Source: Gemmatimonadales bacterium (GTDB taxonomy: Bacteria > Gemmatimonadota > Gemmatimonadetes > Gemmatimonadales > GWC2-71-9). Taken from it: 64,000 bases of DNA. Below are positions 1 to 10,783 of this stretch, one piece after another. The notes under the pieces are model-generated. The model made no database searches and was not told the origin of the DNA. It saw only the letters and a program-made list of their open reading frames with translations. Both the position numbers and the translations under genes were made by a program. The stretch covers positions 62,886 through 126,885 of the forward strand of contig JBFGJG010000005.1 in NCBI GenBank assembly GCA_041577295.1, read 5' to 3'. Every line of letters starts with the position of its first letter. Position 1 is the first letter of the stretch.

Positions 1-1278
1 GCTAATCCGTTTCACGAGCTCCTTTCTGTCTGGAGTCCATTCCACCACCGCACCCGCCAGGCGGGCAGCGTCGGCAACGACCGCGCCGGTGACGCCTGGA
101 ATCGGGGCCTCCCGCGCGGGGTAGATGGCCGTAACCAGGGCGACATCTGCCGCCGCCAGCGCAGTCCCGAGCGCCTCACCATGCAACTGGGTCCGCGAGA
201 ACAGGTGAGGCTGGAAGACCGCCACCACACGGGCCCCCGGAAACCGTTGTCGGGCAGCCGCGAGCGTGGCCGACACCTCTGTAGGATGGTGAGCGTAGTC
301 GTCCACCACCGTGATCCCTGCACATCGGCCCAGAATCTCGAACCGCCGCCCCACGCCTAGGAAGCCCTCTAGTGACCGGCCGGCGAGGGCGGCGTCATAA
401 CCCATCACAACGGCAACGCCCACGGCCATCGCCGCATTTCGCACGTTGTGCATCCCCGGAATCGCCACGGTCAGAGCCACTTCCCGGCCTTCCGCCATCA
501 CCAGGCGCGCGGACGAACCAGCGGACGCGGCGCTCGTCTCCGTGATGCGCACGTCCGCGTCAGCATGCACGCCAACCCGCGTGACCGGCCGATCGATCGC
601 GGCTGCGACCCGGCGCGCACCGGGGTCGTCCCATCCGACCAAAATCTGGTCGGCGTGTGCGGCGAACTCGGCAAAGGCTGCTTCGAGAGCGGACAGCGAC
701 CCGTAGCATTCCAGGTGATCCGCCTCGACGTTGTTGATTACGGCAATCGTGGGCCGGAGTGCGAGGAAGGCCTTGTCGTACTCGTCGGCCTCCACCACAA
801 ACACGTCATCACCCCCGATCCGCACGTTGCCTTCCCACGCCGCCACGCGCCCCCCCACGATCCCGGTCGGGTTGGCACCACAGCCCATCAAGGCCTCGGT
901 GGTCATGGCGGTGGTAGTCGTCTTGCCATGGGTCCCGCTGATGGCAACCACCGTCCCGCGCTCGACCACCTGCCATAAGGCATCCGCGCGCCGCACGACG
1001 GCGACTCCCGCCTCTCGCGCGGCGACCAGCTCTGGATGATCAGTGGGGACCGCGGCTGTGTGTACGACAGCCCGTGCACCAGCGACGTGGCTGGGGTCGT
1101 GCCCGTTGTTCACGCGCACGCCCGCGCGGACCAGGTCGCTGGCCCCCCGTGGATTTAGATCGCATCCAGTGACCGTCACCCCGCGCTGACTGGCAATGAG
1201 CGCCAGGGCACTCATCCCCGCACCGCCAATTCCCATGAAGTGGATGGGTCGGGGATCTGCTGGGGTGAACAGCTGCAT
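1..1278 (-). CDS. murC: UDP-N-acetylmuramate--L-alanine ligase (3' end runs off window)
   Basis: Translated manually from ATG at 1278 (not in the ORF track): IHFMGIGGAGMS, ISGTHGKTTT, VEADEYD, DDYAHHPTE, VFQPH; follows murG. Confidence 0.96.
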   Translation of the reverse strand, partial: MQLFTPADPRPIHFMGIGGAGMSALALIASQRGVTVTGCDLNPRGASDLVRAGVRVNNGHDPSHVAGARAVVHTAAVPTDHPELVAAREAGVAVVRRADALWQVVERGTVVAISGTHGKTTTTAMTTEALMGCGANPTGIVGGRVAAWEGNVRIGGDDVFVVEADEYDKAFLALRPTIAVINNVEADHLECYGSLSALEAAFAEFAAHADQILVGWDDPGARRVAAAIDRPVTRVGVHADADVRITETSAASAGSSARLVMAEGREVALTVAIPGMHNVRNAAMAVGVAVVMGYDAALAGRSLEGFLGVGRRFEILGRCAGITVVDDYAHHPTEVSATLAAARQRFPGARVVAVFQPHLFSRTQLHGEALGTALAAADVALVTAIYPAREAPIPGVTGAVVADAARLAGAVVEWTPDRKELVKRIS

Positions 1279-1291
1279 CGGTTGGGCAGCT

Positions 1292-1320
1292 AATATAAGG
1301 CGCCCACGAAAGTTCCGAAA
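1292..1320 (-). promoter_or_regulatory. possible internal sigma70-type promoter upstream of murC
   Basis: TTTCGG-N17-TATATT in the AT-rich murG-murC gap; weak -35. Confidence 0.3.
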
Positions 1321-1330
1321 GATTCTTAAC

Positions 1331-2422
1331 TTAGCTCACCATCGACCGTAGCTCGTGGGCGATCTCGAGCGCGGCATTCGGCCGCCCCCGTGCGCGCGCC
1401 GCGAGCGCCATCGCCTGCCGTTTCTCCGGTGCTCCCAAGAGACCGAGCACGTGCTCCCTGAGCACATCGGCGGTCAGCGTGGACTCCGGAACGTGGATCG
1501 CCGCTCCAGACTGGGCCAGCGCCTCGGCGTTCCGCTGTTGGTGGCCAGCGGCCGATGTCGGCAGGGGGATGAGAATCGATGGCAATCCCCACGCGCAGAG
1601 CTCCGCGGTGCTCATCGCACCCGCCCTAGCGATTACTAGATCCGCCGCAGCGTAGGCCTGGTGAATTGGGTCCCAGAACGGCTTCACCTGACGGGACGGA
1701 GGAGCATTTAGAGGAGCATACTTTGACCACGAGATCTTGCCCGTGCTCCAGAGAAGTGCTACGTGATTCCACAGCCCCCGCTCGAGGCACTCGGCGACCA
1801 CCTCGTTGACGCGTAGGGCGCCCTGGCTCCCTCCCATGACGAGTACCACCGGCACGTCGACAGGTATCCGGAGCACCGCCCGGGCCTCTGCGCGGTTTGG
1901 GGGAGTGCTTGGTGGAGGGACAATGGGGTTGCCGTGGTGAAAGACCCTGGTATGCCGGCCCAGAGCGAGGTGTTGCTGAGCTTCGGGAAACCCCAGATGG
2001 ACTTGCGTGGCGAACCGGGTGAGCAGCCTGGTGGTGAGTCCGGGAAAGGCGTTCTGCTCCTGGAGCGCGAGAGGGATGCCCATCTTGTGAGCGCGGTACA
2101 AGATCGGCCCCGCGGCGTAGCCGCCTGTTCCCACTGCGAACGCCGGCCGCTCGGTCCGTAATACCTGACCGCACTGCCGCCAGATTCTCAAGGCAAGGAG
2201 GGGCCACCGGAGGTTCTTCCACCATTGGCGTCGATACAACGGCTCGACGGGCATGAGGTGGTATCGAAAGGGGCGCTCGGGCAGGATCGTCGCGTCCACG
2301 CCGCGGGTGGCCCCGACCAGCACGGGTTCGACGTCAGGGTCGATCTTTCGCAGGGCCTCTGCGAGCGCGAGGGCGGGCATGAGATGACCACCGGTCCCGC
2401 CCCCTGCGATCAGCACCCGCAT
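1331..2422 (-). CDS. murG: lipid II GlcNAc transferase MurG
   Basis: GGGTGGH, GTGGY, EQN, GNP, GGSQGA, HQxxNA motifs; dcw context. Confidence 0.97.
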   Translation of the reverse strand: MRVLIAGGGTGGHLMPALALAEALRKIDPDVEPVLVGATRGVDATILPERPFRYHLMPVEPLYRRQWWKNLRWPLLALRIWRQCGQVLRTERPAFAVGTGGYAAGPILYRAHKMGIPLALQEQNAFPGLTTRLLTRFATQVHLGFPEAQQHLALGRHTRVFHHGNPIVPPPSTPPNRAEARAVLRIPVDVPVVLVMGGSQGALRVNEVVAECLERGLWNHVALLWSTGKISWSKYAPLNAPPSRQVKPFWDPIHQAYAAADLVIARAGAMSTAELCAWGLPSILIPLPTSAAGHQQRNAEALAQSGAAIHVPESTLTADVLREHVLGLLGAPEKRQAMALAARARGRPNAALEIAHELRSMVS

Positions 2423-2428
2423 GTCGGG

Positions 2429-3580
2429 TCAGGTCCGATCTCGTTGCTTTCCGATGTTGATCAGCATCCCGGTCGCGATGAGCGAGACGAGCAGGTGCGT
2501 GCCCCCGTACGACAGGAACGGCAGGGGGAGTCCGGTGGTGGGCATGAGCTGGAGCGTCACCGTTATGTGTAACAGGGCGGTGAGGCCGATCAGGGCCGTG
2601 AGGCCGGATGCGAGCAGGGTCCCAAAGCGATCCGCGGCGGTGCGGGCGATATGAAAGCCGAGCACCACGAACGACGTGTAAAGCGTGAGCAGGACCAGCA
2701 CCCCGGCAAAGCCAAATTCTTCACCAATCGTGCTGAAGATGAAATCCGACGAGGCGTGCGGCAGGTAACCGAGCTTCTGCATGCCCTCACCAAACCCGAC
2801 CCCGAAGGCACCCCCCGATCCGATACCGATAACCGACTGCTCGATCTGCCAGCCCACCTCTGCTGTTGCTCCCTCACCAAAGCCGAGCATGACGAGAATC
2901 GAGTCGACGAACTGCTTGATTCGGGTGACGCGGTATGGCTCCGCCAGGATCGCAATCCCGAGGGCTGGAAGACCGAGGAACGCCAGCAACAGGAAATGTC
3001 CGATGCGGGCCCCGGCGACGAACGCAACGATGGCACCTAACAGGAGCAGACGCGCCGCAGTGGAGAGATCCGGTTCGATCACGATCAGCAGCGACAGGGT
3101 GAGCAAGACGACCAGGATGGGCACGACACCGCGACGGAAGTTCCGGATGAGCTTCTGCTTTTTCGTCGCGATCGTCGCAGTCCAGATCACGGCCGCGAGG
3201 GTTGCCAGCTCGGAGGGCTGCATGCTAAACGGGCCGAGTCGGATCCAGCGGCGAGCCCCGTTGATCTCTGGCGCAACGGCATGCGTGAAGGGGAGGACGA
3301 CGATGATCAACAGCAGCAGCGAAACACCGATCCACGACCACGCAACCCAGTACGAGCCCCACAGGTGGTAATCGGTGCGAGCAAAGGTCACCAGGAGAAT
3401 CGCGCCGATCAGCGCAGCGATCAGCTGCTTGACCGCGAAGTACCATCCGGGCTGACCGAGTCCGACCGCATGGATACTCGATGCGGCGTACACCAGGGCG
3501 ATGCCGAGAACCACCAGGCTTACGGCGATGAGGCCGAGGAGACGCGGCTGCCATTGGTCGGCTGCGGTCACGCGTGGCAT
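2429..3580 (-). CDS. ftsW: SEDS peptidoglycan polymerase FtsW
   Basis: Multi-TM; GARRWI, QPSE, EPD, SDFIF..GEE, SYGG motifs. Confidence 0.95.
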   Translation of the reverse strand: MPRVTAADQWQPRLLGLIAVSLVVLGIALVYAASSIHAVGLGQPGWYFAVKQLIAALIGAILLVTFARTDYHLWGSYWVAWSWIGVSLLLLIIVVLPFTHAVAPEINGARRWIRLGPFSMQPSELATLAAVIWTATIATKKQKLIRNFRRGVVPILVVLLTLSLLIVIEPDLSTAARLLLLGAIVAFVAGARIGHFLLLAFLGLPALGIAILAEPYRVTRIKQFVDSILVMLGFGEGATAEVGWQIEQSVIGIGSGGAFGVGFGEGMQKLGYLPHASSDFIFSTIGEEFGFAGVLVLLTLYTSFVVLGFHIARTAADRFGTLLASGLTALIGLTALLHITVTLQLMPTTGLPLPFLSYGGTHLLVSLIATGMLINIGKQRDRT

Positions 3581-4920
3581 AACTCGCTCACTAGAGCGCG
3601 GAATCGCTCTCCCCGCTCCTCGAAGTTTTGAAACTGATCGTAGCTCGCGCAGGCCGGAGCCAGCAGCACCACGTCGCCAGGACGCGCGAGCCGTGTCGCC
3701 TGCTGGACGGCGTCGTCGAAGCCTGCGACCGGATAGACCGGCAATTGACCCAGCGCGGCGGCCAACTGGTCACGGGCCTCGCCGTATGCTACTACCGCCC
3801 TGCACCGTCGCGGTAGCGCTGCGGCGAGCGCGCCGAACGACTCTCCTTTTTGACGGCCACCGACGATGAGCACGAAGGGCGACACGATCGCAGCAACCGC
3901 GCGCGTGGCCGCTGCGACGTTGGTGGCCTTGGAATCATTGACAAACTGCACACCACCCACCTCGCCCACCGGCTCTAACCGGTGTGGCGGTGCGCGAAAC
4001 GACCGCAGACCCACGATCAGCTGATCGAAGGTGATCTGGGCGATGCCCGCCGCCAGCACCGCTGCGAGGGCGTTGGCCACGTTGTGATCGCCTAGCAACG
4101 CGAAATCGGTCCGGGGTAGGAGTGCTTTGGTGCCCACCATGAGCACGCCGCGTTCCCGGTCAAGCCAGGCATCGACTCTCTGGGTCAAGCTGAACAGGAG
4201 GCGATGGCCCGCGGCCCCCGCGGCGAGCGCCAGGACATCGCGTTCATCTCCGTTCAACACCCAGGTGCTCGCGCCGGTGGCGTTGCGAAAGAGGAGCTGC
4301 TTGTCCGCGTAGTACGCAGCCTGATTTGGGTATCGATCCAGGTGATCCGGCGCCAGGTTCGTGAGGACCCCGACGGTGGGGCTGAGGGTGGGCGAATCGT
4401 GCAGCTGAAACGAGGATGCTTCCACCACGATCCACGCCGGCGGATCCTCGTCGGTGGCCAGCTCGATCAACGGCCGGCCGATATTGCCCGCGGCGGCCGT
4501 CCCGATACCTGCCGACTGGAGCAGATGCGCAATCAGCGCGGTCGTCGTGGTCTTGCCGTTGGTGCCAGTGACCACGATCAGGCGTGAGTGGTCGAGCGCC
4601 CGTGCGGCGAGGTCCAATTCCGCCACGATCGGGCGTCCGGCTTCTCGCGCCGCGACTATCGGTGGCGCATCGGGCGGCACACCGGGGGAGACCACCACCA
4701 CGGAGGCTCGCCGGATCCGATCGAGATCGTGACGACCCAGCTCGATGCTGAGCCGTTCGTGCTGCAGGGCCGCCGTGCTGGCGCGCAGGGCAGGACGATC
4801 CGCCGCATCCGACGCGTAGACCGTTATCCCCTGCCCTACCAACCACCCAGCGGCCGCCGTGCCGCTCTTCCCAAGCCCGATCACCGCCACCTCTCCCCTT
4901 CGCCACGCCTGGGGGATCAT
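3568..4920 (-). CDS. murD: UDP-MurNAc-L-Ala--D-Glu ligase
   Basis: GLGKSG, TGTNGKTTT, SSFQL, DHLDRY, NDSKATN, PACASYDQF. Confidence 0.97.
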   Translation of the reverse strand: MIPQAWRRGEVAVIGLGKSGTAAAGWLVGQGITVYASDAADRPALRASTAALQHERLSIELGRHDLDRIRRASVVVVSPGVPPDAPPIVAAREAGRPIVAELDLAARALDHSRLIVVTGTNGKTTTTALIAHLLQSAGIGTAAAGNIGRPLIELATDEDPPAWIVVEASSFQLHDSPTLSPTVGVLTNLAPDHLDRYPNQAAYYADKQLLFRNATGASTWVLNGDERDVLALAAGAAGHRLLFSLTQRVDAWLDRERGVLMVGTKALLPRTDFALLGDHNVANALAAVLAAGIAQITFDQLIVGLRSFRAPPHRLEPVGEVGGVQFVNDSKATNVAAATRAVAAIVSPFVLIVGGRQKGESFGALAAALPRRCRAVVAYGEARDQLAAALGQLPVYPVAGFDDAVQQATRLARPGDVVLLAPACASYDQFQNFEERGERFRALVSELCHA

Positions 4921-6038
4921 CGAATCTTGAGCGTCGAGAGCGCGAGCAGCGCGCAGAGAATCCCCAGGATGTAGAACCGCGTCACGACCTTGGATTCAGG
5001 CCAGCCGATCTGTTCGAAATGGTGATGGAGCGGCGCCATGCGGAACACACGATGTTGGTCCGCGTAGTCGCGACCCCGCCTCCATTTGTGCCAGCGAAAC
5101 ACACCGGTTTGGATGATCACCGACAGGGTCTCAGCCACGAAGACACCACCGATGAGAAGCAGGAGGAACTCGGACTTGAGCAGGATGGCGACCGTTCCGA
5201 ACGCCCCGCCAATCGCCAGGCTCCCGGTATCGCCCATGAAGACCTGCGCGGGATGCGCGTTGAACCACAGGAACCCCAGGGCGGCGCCCATGAGGCTCGA
5301 GCAAAAGATGGCCATCTCACCGGCGCCACGGAGATAGTAGACCTGGAGATACTCCGAAGCGTCGATACGGCCGAACAAGTACGCAAAGATCGCGAACGCC
5401 CCGGCGGCGATCACGGTCAGCCCCGTGGCGAGCCCATCGAGACCGTCCGTCAGATTCACGGCATTGGAGGTCCCGGTGATAATGAACGTCACGAAAGCAA
5501 CGTAGAGAACCCCGGGAAGGTACAGCAGCACGTACTTGAAGAATGGCAGCTGCGTCGCGTTCGCTGCTACGGTGTCGGCCAACGGGAAGGTCAGCAGATA
5601 GGACCCCAACACGACCCCGAGCGTCACCTGTCCAATCAGTTTGTACCGCGCTACGAGGCCTCGCGACTTCTCCTGGATGTACTTGAGGTAATCATCGACG
5701 AAGCCGATCGTGCCCATCCACAGCGTAGCCAATACAGCAACCAGCACGTACCGGTTGTCCAGACGCGCCCACAGGAGTGCGGGCAAGACCGTGCCGATCA
5801 GGATGATCACGCCACCCATGGTCGGTGTACCACGCTTCGAGTGGTGTGACGCGGGCCCTTCAGCGCGGACGACTTGTCCGATGTTGCGCCGTCTGAGCAC
5901 ACGGATCAGGGTGGGCCCGATCACGAACGTCAACAGGATCGCGGTCACCGTAGCCGCCGCTGCCCGAAAGGTCAGGTAGTTGAACAGATTGAAGACGATG
6001 TGCTTCGACGCGAGCGGGGCTAGGAGGTGGTAGAGCAC
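4917..6038 (-). CDS. mraY: phospho-MurNAc-pentapeptide transferase
   Basis: KRGTPTMGG, DD, NLTDGLDGL, FMGDTGSL, APLHHH. Confidence 0.97.
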   Translation of the reverse strand: MLYHLLAPLASKHIVFNLFNYLTFRAAAATVTAILLTFVIGPTLIRVLRRRNIGQVVRAEGPASHHSKRGTPTMGGVIILIGTVLPALLWARLDNRYVLVAVLATLWMGTIGFVDDYLKYIQEKSRGLVARYKLIGQVTLGVVLGSYLLTFPLADTVAANATQLPFFKYVLLYLPGVLYVAFVTFIITGTSNAVNLTDGLDGLATGLTVIAAGAFAIFAYLFGRIDASEYLQVYYLRGAGEMAIFCSSLMGAALGFLWFNAHPAQVFMGDTGSLAIGGAFGTVAILLKSEFLLLLIGGVFVAETLSVIIQTGVFRWHKWRRGRDYADQHRVFRMAPLHHHFEQIGWPESKVVTRFYILGILCALLALSTLKIR

Positions 6039-7384
6039 GAGTGCTGATCGTCCGGTAGCAGGTGAGGAAGCGCACGTTCCATATGCACGCCCCGGGATCC
6101 CTTGAGCAAGATCAACTCGTTCCCCGCGAGGCGAGCCGCCACGAGCTTGCCAACCGCGCCGGGGTCCTCTCCCAGCACGAGCCGGTCACCCAAGCTAGCG
6201 GCGTGACGCTCGAGCGCCGGTACGAACGCCCCGACTGCCGCCACCAACGCAGGTTGCATTGCAACGACCTTGTCCGCCATCTCGCGGTGCAAGCGATCGC
6301 TCTCCTTGCCGAGTTCTAACATTGTACCGAGTATGACGACGAGCGGGCGATTCTCACACATCGCCGCCACGGTGGCGAGCGATGCCGAGAGCGATCCGGG
6401 ATTTGCATTGTAGGCATCATGAACCACTGTGAGTCCGCGCCGCTCGATGACCTCGCACCGGCCCGGTGGCAGGGCGACGGTCTCAAGGGCGTCGCGCGCG
6501 GCTTCGAGGTCTACTGCGAGCTCGATGGCCACCGCCAGGGCCACCATCGCGTTGTCCGCCTGATGCACACCAACGAGCGGTAGCGTCACCTCAATCCCTC
6601 GAACGACCAACTCGGCATGCCCGTTCGCCTTCACCGACCAGCGATCGGGGCGCACATCGGCAGGTGCCTCGAGACCAGCCACGATCACTCGCCCGGCGAC
6701 GGCTTGAGCGCGCCCTGCCAACTCCGGTGGTTTCGTCCCGACCACCGCGGTGGGCACCTGGTCGAGCAGCGACACCTTTTCGGCCAGCGTGCTCTCTAGC
6801 GATCCAAACCCTTCGAGATGCCCCGCAGAGACATTGGTGACCACGCCAACCGTGGGCTCAATGATCTTCCGCAGGCGGCGCAACTCGCCCGGCAGGTTGG
6901 CACCAGCCTCGACCACGAGGGCCTCGCAGTCAGCGGGTGCCGCCAAAATCGTGAGTGGCACACCGACCAAGTTGTTCTGATTCTCCCGCGTCGTTTGCAC
7001 GCGCCAACGGGTGCCGAGCACGCAGCCCAGCATTTCTTTCGTAGACGTCTTACCATTTGTCCCGGTCACGGCCACCACGGGACCGGTCACCTCTCCCCGG
7101 CGTGCACGGGCAAGCACCCCGAGGGCGACGAGTGTGTCGTCCACCTCAAAGAACGTCAAGCCATCGACGGTGCGCGTTCCTTTCCGCACGACGGCTCCGG
7201 TGGCGCCGCGTCGCCGGGCCTCCTCGAGAAAGTCATGGCCGTCGAAGTGCTCGCCCACCAATGCCACGAAGAGCGCCTCAGCGCGGAGCGATCGAGTGTC
7301 GGTGCTGATCGAGGAAAACACCTGACGCTTGCCAATCGAGGTCTTCAGGATCTCGGCTACGCGTGGCGAGGACCACTCCATCAC
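6020..7384 (-). CDS. murF: UDP-MurNAc-tripeptide--D-Ala-D-Ala ligase
   Basis: STDTR, FDGHDF, TGTNGKTSTK, DAYNANP, KGSRG. Confidence 0.96.
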   Translation of the reverse strand: MMEWSSPRVAEILKTSIGKRQVFSSISTDTRSLRAEALFVALVGEHFDGHDFLEEARRRGATGAVVRKGTRTVDGLTFFEVDDTLVALGVLARARRGEVTGPVVAVTGTNGKTSTKEMLGCVLGTRWRVQTTRENQNNLVGVPLTILAAPADCEALVVEAGANLPGELRRLRKIIEPTVGVVTNVSAGHLEGFGSLESTLAEKVSLLDQVPTAVVGTKPPELAGRAQAVAGRVIVAGLEAPADVRPDRWSVKANGHAELVVRGIEVTLPLVGVHQADNAMVALAVAIELAVDLEAARDALETVALPPGRCEVIERRGLTVVHDAYNANPGSLSASLATVAAMCENRPLVVILGTMLELGKESDRLHREMADKVVAMQPALVAAVGAFVPALERHAASLGDRLVLGEDPGAVGKLVAARLAGNELILLKGSRGVHMERALPHLLPDDQHSCSTTS

Positions 7385-8853
7385 GCAGCCGCCAGATCTC
7401 GCAGCGCCTGCTGGACGATCGCAGGCTCGTCGAACGGGAGCTTTTCGGTGCCCACGACCTGATACGTCTCGTGCCCTTTGCCCGCGAGCACGAGGCAGTC
7501 ACCCGGTTTGAGCAGGCCGATCGCGTGAATGATCGCCTCGCGCCGGTCGGTGATTCGGGCGTACGTGGCTCCCTGCATTCCGGCTTCGATGTCATCGATG
7601 ATTCGATCGGGGTCTTCCGTACGTGGATTGTCGGACGTCACGATGGCGATGTCCGCACCGCGCGCCGCGATCGATCCCATGAGCGGTCGCTTTCGGCGGT
7701 CGCGGTCGCCGCCGGCTCCGAATAGGACCAGTAGCCGCCCCTTCGTGATGGGACGCAGGGACTCGAGGACCCGCTCGAGCGCATCGGGTGTGTGAGCGTA
7801 GTCGCGTACGATCTGAAACTCCGCGTCGACCAACTGCTCCATGCGCCCCGCGACTTGTGGGGCTTCGCATAGGCGCTCGGCGATACGCGCCACGTCTATC
7901 CCCAGTGCCCACGCCGCCCCAGACGCCGCCAACGCGTTGCTCACATTGAATGCGCCGATGAGCGGAAGCCTCACGGGTGCGGCGAAGTCCGCGACTCGGA
8001 GCGTGAAGCTGGCGCCGCCATTCTCCAGTCGCACCGCTGTTGCGTGAACGTCCGCCTCGGCCTTCCAGCCATATGTGATACGCTGTACCCTGGACTGCCG
8101 CGGAAGCACATCCTTCCAGGCAGGATCGTCGGCGTTCACGACCTCCGTCCCGCCGTCCCGGAGGAGCGTCGCAAGCCGTGCCTTTGCGGCGCCGTAGGCC
8201 TCGAGCGTTTGGTGGTAGTCGAGGTGGTCATGAGTGAGATTGGTAAACACGCCCGCAGCGAGCGTCACTGTCTCCAGGCGCCGCTGATCGAGCGCGTGCG
8301 ACGATGCCTCCATCACGACCCGCCGAACACCGCGTACACGCAGGGCGGCGAGCGCACTCTGCAGCTGGACGGCGCCGGGTGTGGTGAGGGTTTGATAGCC
8401 AGAGAGCAGGCAACCGCTGCCATCTCTCGCCCCGAGCGTGCCCAGCGACCCCGCGGCGCCTTCGGCATTCAGCAGGTGCCAAATGAGCGCCACCGTCGTC
8501 GACTTACCGTTGGTGCCGGTGACGCCGACAATGTCCAGCATGTCCGCTGGACGTCCGTACCACTCTCGTGCAGCGATGGCTGCCGCCGTGCGGCCGTCGC
8601 GCACCACGATCTGGGGGAGCGTGAGGTGGCGGGGGGTCTGTACGAGGGCGCACGCGGCACCGCGGCGCTGCGCATCTTCCAAAAAACGATGACCGTCCAT
8701 CGCCGTCCCGACGATGGCACAGAACAGCGCGCCTTGGGTCACCTGTCGTGAGTCGTCGGCGACACCCGAGATCTCCGCTGGCAGGGAGTCCGGGACCGAG
8801 ACGGTTTGGTGGGCGTGCTGGAGAGCATCGACGATCGCCTGCAACGAGTTCAT
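7381..8853 (-). CDS. murE: UDP-MurNAc-dipeptide--meso-DAP ligase
   Basis: TGTNGKSTT, LTTP, HLDYH, DYAHTPD, DNPR (DAP-type), GKGHE; start moved to ATG 8853 overlapping the ftsI stop. Confidence 0.95.
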   Translation of the reverse strand: MNSLQAIVDALQHAHQTVSVPDSLPAEISGVADDSRQVTQGALFCAIVGTAMDGHRFLEDAQRRGAACALVQTPRHLTLPQIVVRDGRTAAAIAAREWYGRPADMLDIVGVTGTNGKSTTVALIWHLLNAEGAAGSLGTLGARDGSGCLLSGYQTLTTPGAVQLQSALAALRVRGVRRVVMEASSHALDQRRLETVTLAAGVFTNLTHDHLDYHQTLEAYGAAKARLATLLRDGGTEVVNADDPAWKDVLPRQSRVQRITYGWKAEADVHATAVRLENGGASFTLRVADFAAPVRLPLIGAFNVSNALAASGAAWALGIDVARIAERLCEAPQVAGRMEQLVDAEFQIVRDYAHTPDALERVLESLRPITKGRLLVLFGAGGDRDRRKRPLMGSIAARGADIAIVTSDNPRTEDPDRIIDDIEAGMQGATYARITDRREAIIHAIGLLKPGDCLVLAGKGHETYQVVGTEKLPFDEPAIVQQALRDLAAA

Positions 8854-10781
8854 GGCGATGGACGGTCCTCCACCCCGACCAGCGTGATCAGCGTTCCGGT
8901 GCGCACCCGGGCCCCCGCGCCCGGGCGCGTGGCGGTCACCCTCCCCCATCCCTCGAGCGTGGTGCGCAGGCCTTCGCCGTGCAGCCGCCTCACCGCGTCG
9001 CGCACCGGCAGCCCCCGCACATCTGGGACGCGACGGCGTTCGGGCTCATGGATCTCGAACTCAACCGGCCACGGTGTCACATACGGTACCGTGCCGGCAC
9101 CAATTGCCGGATCTGGCTCCCCATCGGCGTGACTCATGGCGAGGACACCGCGGTCGATTGTGCCCGACTCCGTTGCCAACACGCGTTCAAGCACTGCGCG
9201 CGTCACAGGCGCCGCTGTCAGCCGCGCGTAGGCTCCGCGCGGATCGTCGAGCTTGACCACCATGACGATCTGCGGCGCGTCGGCGGGAAAGATCGACGCA
9301 AAGGTCGCGGTGTAGGACCCGGGGATGTACCCCGCCGGTCCGGCGCGCCGCGCCGTGCCCGTCTTCCCCGCAACTTCGGACGATACGAGCGCCACGGGAT
9401 CGCCCGTCCCACCACGATAGACGACGCCCCGCAGCATCTCGCGCAACTGCGCGGCAACGTCTCGCGACACCGCGCGCCGCACCGGTTCTGGCCGGTGTTG
9501 ATAAGTGGTCTTGCCCGCGGGCGTCCGGATGGAACTGACGAGCGTGGGACGCAGCAGCACGCCCTCGTTGGCGATCGCGGCATAAGCCGCCGCCAACTGG
9601 AGCGGCGTGACGGCGACTTCATATCCGATCGCGAGGCTCGCCGGCGTCGTACCGCTCCACGCCGACGGCGGCCGCAGTATGCCGGCTGCCTCTGAAGGAA
9701 ACTCGACACCTGTGGGGCTGCCGAGACCGAAATCGCGCAACATTTCGTACTGCCGCTCGGGCGCCAGCTCCCGCGTCGCTTTCACGATACCGATGTTGCT
9801 CGACCGCTCGACCACTTGTTGGAGGGTGAGCCAACCCTCGGCATGCTCATCGCGGATCACGCGTTTCCCGAGCTGGTACGTGCCCTGCTCGGCCCAGATC
9901 GAGTCGTCCGGCGTCGCCAGCTCGTGCTGCAGCAGGGCGGCCGCCGCGAAGATCTTCGCCGTCGACCCCGGCTCGAACACACTCGTCAACGCCGTCGCGG
10001 TTCCGCGCAGGCCAGGCCCACGCGACGCCAGCGCCAAGATCTCCCCCGTGCTTGGGCGAATGATGACGACGTCACCGCCCGCAGCGTCGAAACGTTCGAT
10101 CGCTTCATCGAGGGCCTGTTGGGAGATCTCCTGCAAATCGGCATCGATGGTGAGGTAGAGGTCGTGCCCAGGAACGGGAAAGGCGTCTAGCCGCGACGGT
10201 GAGTCGTACTCCACGCCAAAGCGGTCACGTAGCCGCACCGTATAGCCGGGCTTTCCCGTGAGCACCGAATCGAACACGGACTCCAGTCCACTTGCACGTC
10301 GCCCGTCGGCCGCCGGTCGCCCGATGATCGAGCGCGCGAGATCCGGGTTGGGATAGAAGCGAACAGATTCCGCGAGGCGATGCACACCCTTGATCCGCCG
10401 GATCGGTTCGAGTTCGGCCGCCGTGAACGGACCGGGGATATGGGCCCACCGGCCGCGTCGAAATCGCCGCTCGATGTCTCGCGGGCGGAGCCCCAGCGCC
10501 TTCGCGATCTCAGGAAGATCTGTCTCCGGCTTGCGCAGTTGATCCCGGGCAATGCCCACGTCGTAGACCTCGTGGGTGATCGCGAGCGCCACTCCGTGTC
10601 GGTCGTAAATGGCGCCGCGCGGCGCCTCGAGGATCCGCCCTCTGGTCCGTTGCGCCTCGGCGCTCGCACGGTGCTCATCGCCCTCGAGGAGCTGGACCTG
10701 CGCGGCCCGCCCGATGATGGCCAAGAGGCCAATGAAAAATGCGCCGGCCACGAAGCTCAACCGGGTCGTTGGCTTGGCCAC
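8850..10781 (-). CDS. ftsI: class B PBP (FtsI) with C-terminal PASTA domain
   Basis: N-terminal TM; STAK, SSN and KTG motifs; VPDVRGL PASTA-like tail. Confidence 0.93.
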   Translation of the reverse strand: MAKPTTRLSFVAGAFFIGLLAIIGRAAQVQLLEGDEHRASAEAQRTRGRILEAPRGAIYDRHGVALAITHEVYDVGIARDQLRKPETDLPEIAKALGLRPRDIERRFRRGRWAHIPGPFTAAELEPIRRIKGVHRLAESVRFYPNPDLARSIIGRPAADGRRASGLESVFDSVLTGKPGYTVRLRDRFGVEYDSPSRLDAFPVPGHDLYLTIDADLQEISQQALDEAIERFDAAGGDVVIIRPSTGEILALASRGPGLRGTATALTSVFEPGSTAKIFAAAALLQHELATPDDSIWAEQGTYQLGKRVIRDEHAEGWLTLQQVVERSSNIGIVKATRELAPERQYEMLRDFGLGSPTGVEFPSEAAGILRPPSAWSGTTPASLAIGYEVAVTPLQLAAAYAAIANEGVLLRPTLVSSIRTPAGKTTYQHRPEPVRRAVSRDVAAQLREMLRGVVYRGGTGDPVALVSSEVAGKTGTARRAGPAGYIPGSYTATFASIFPADAPQIVMVVKLDDPRGAYARLTAAPVTRAVLERVLATESGTIDRGVLAMSHADGEPDPAIGAGTVPYVTPWPVEFEIHEPERRRVPDVRGLPVRDAVRRLHGEGLRTTLEGWGRVTATRPGAGARVRTGTLITLVGVEDRPSP

Positions 10782-10783
10782 GT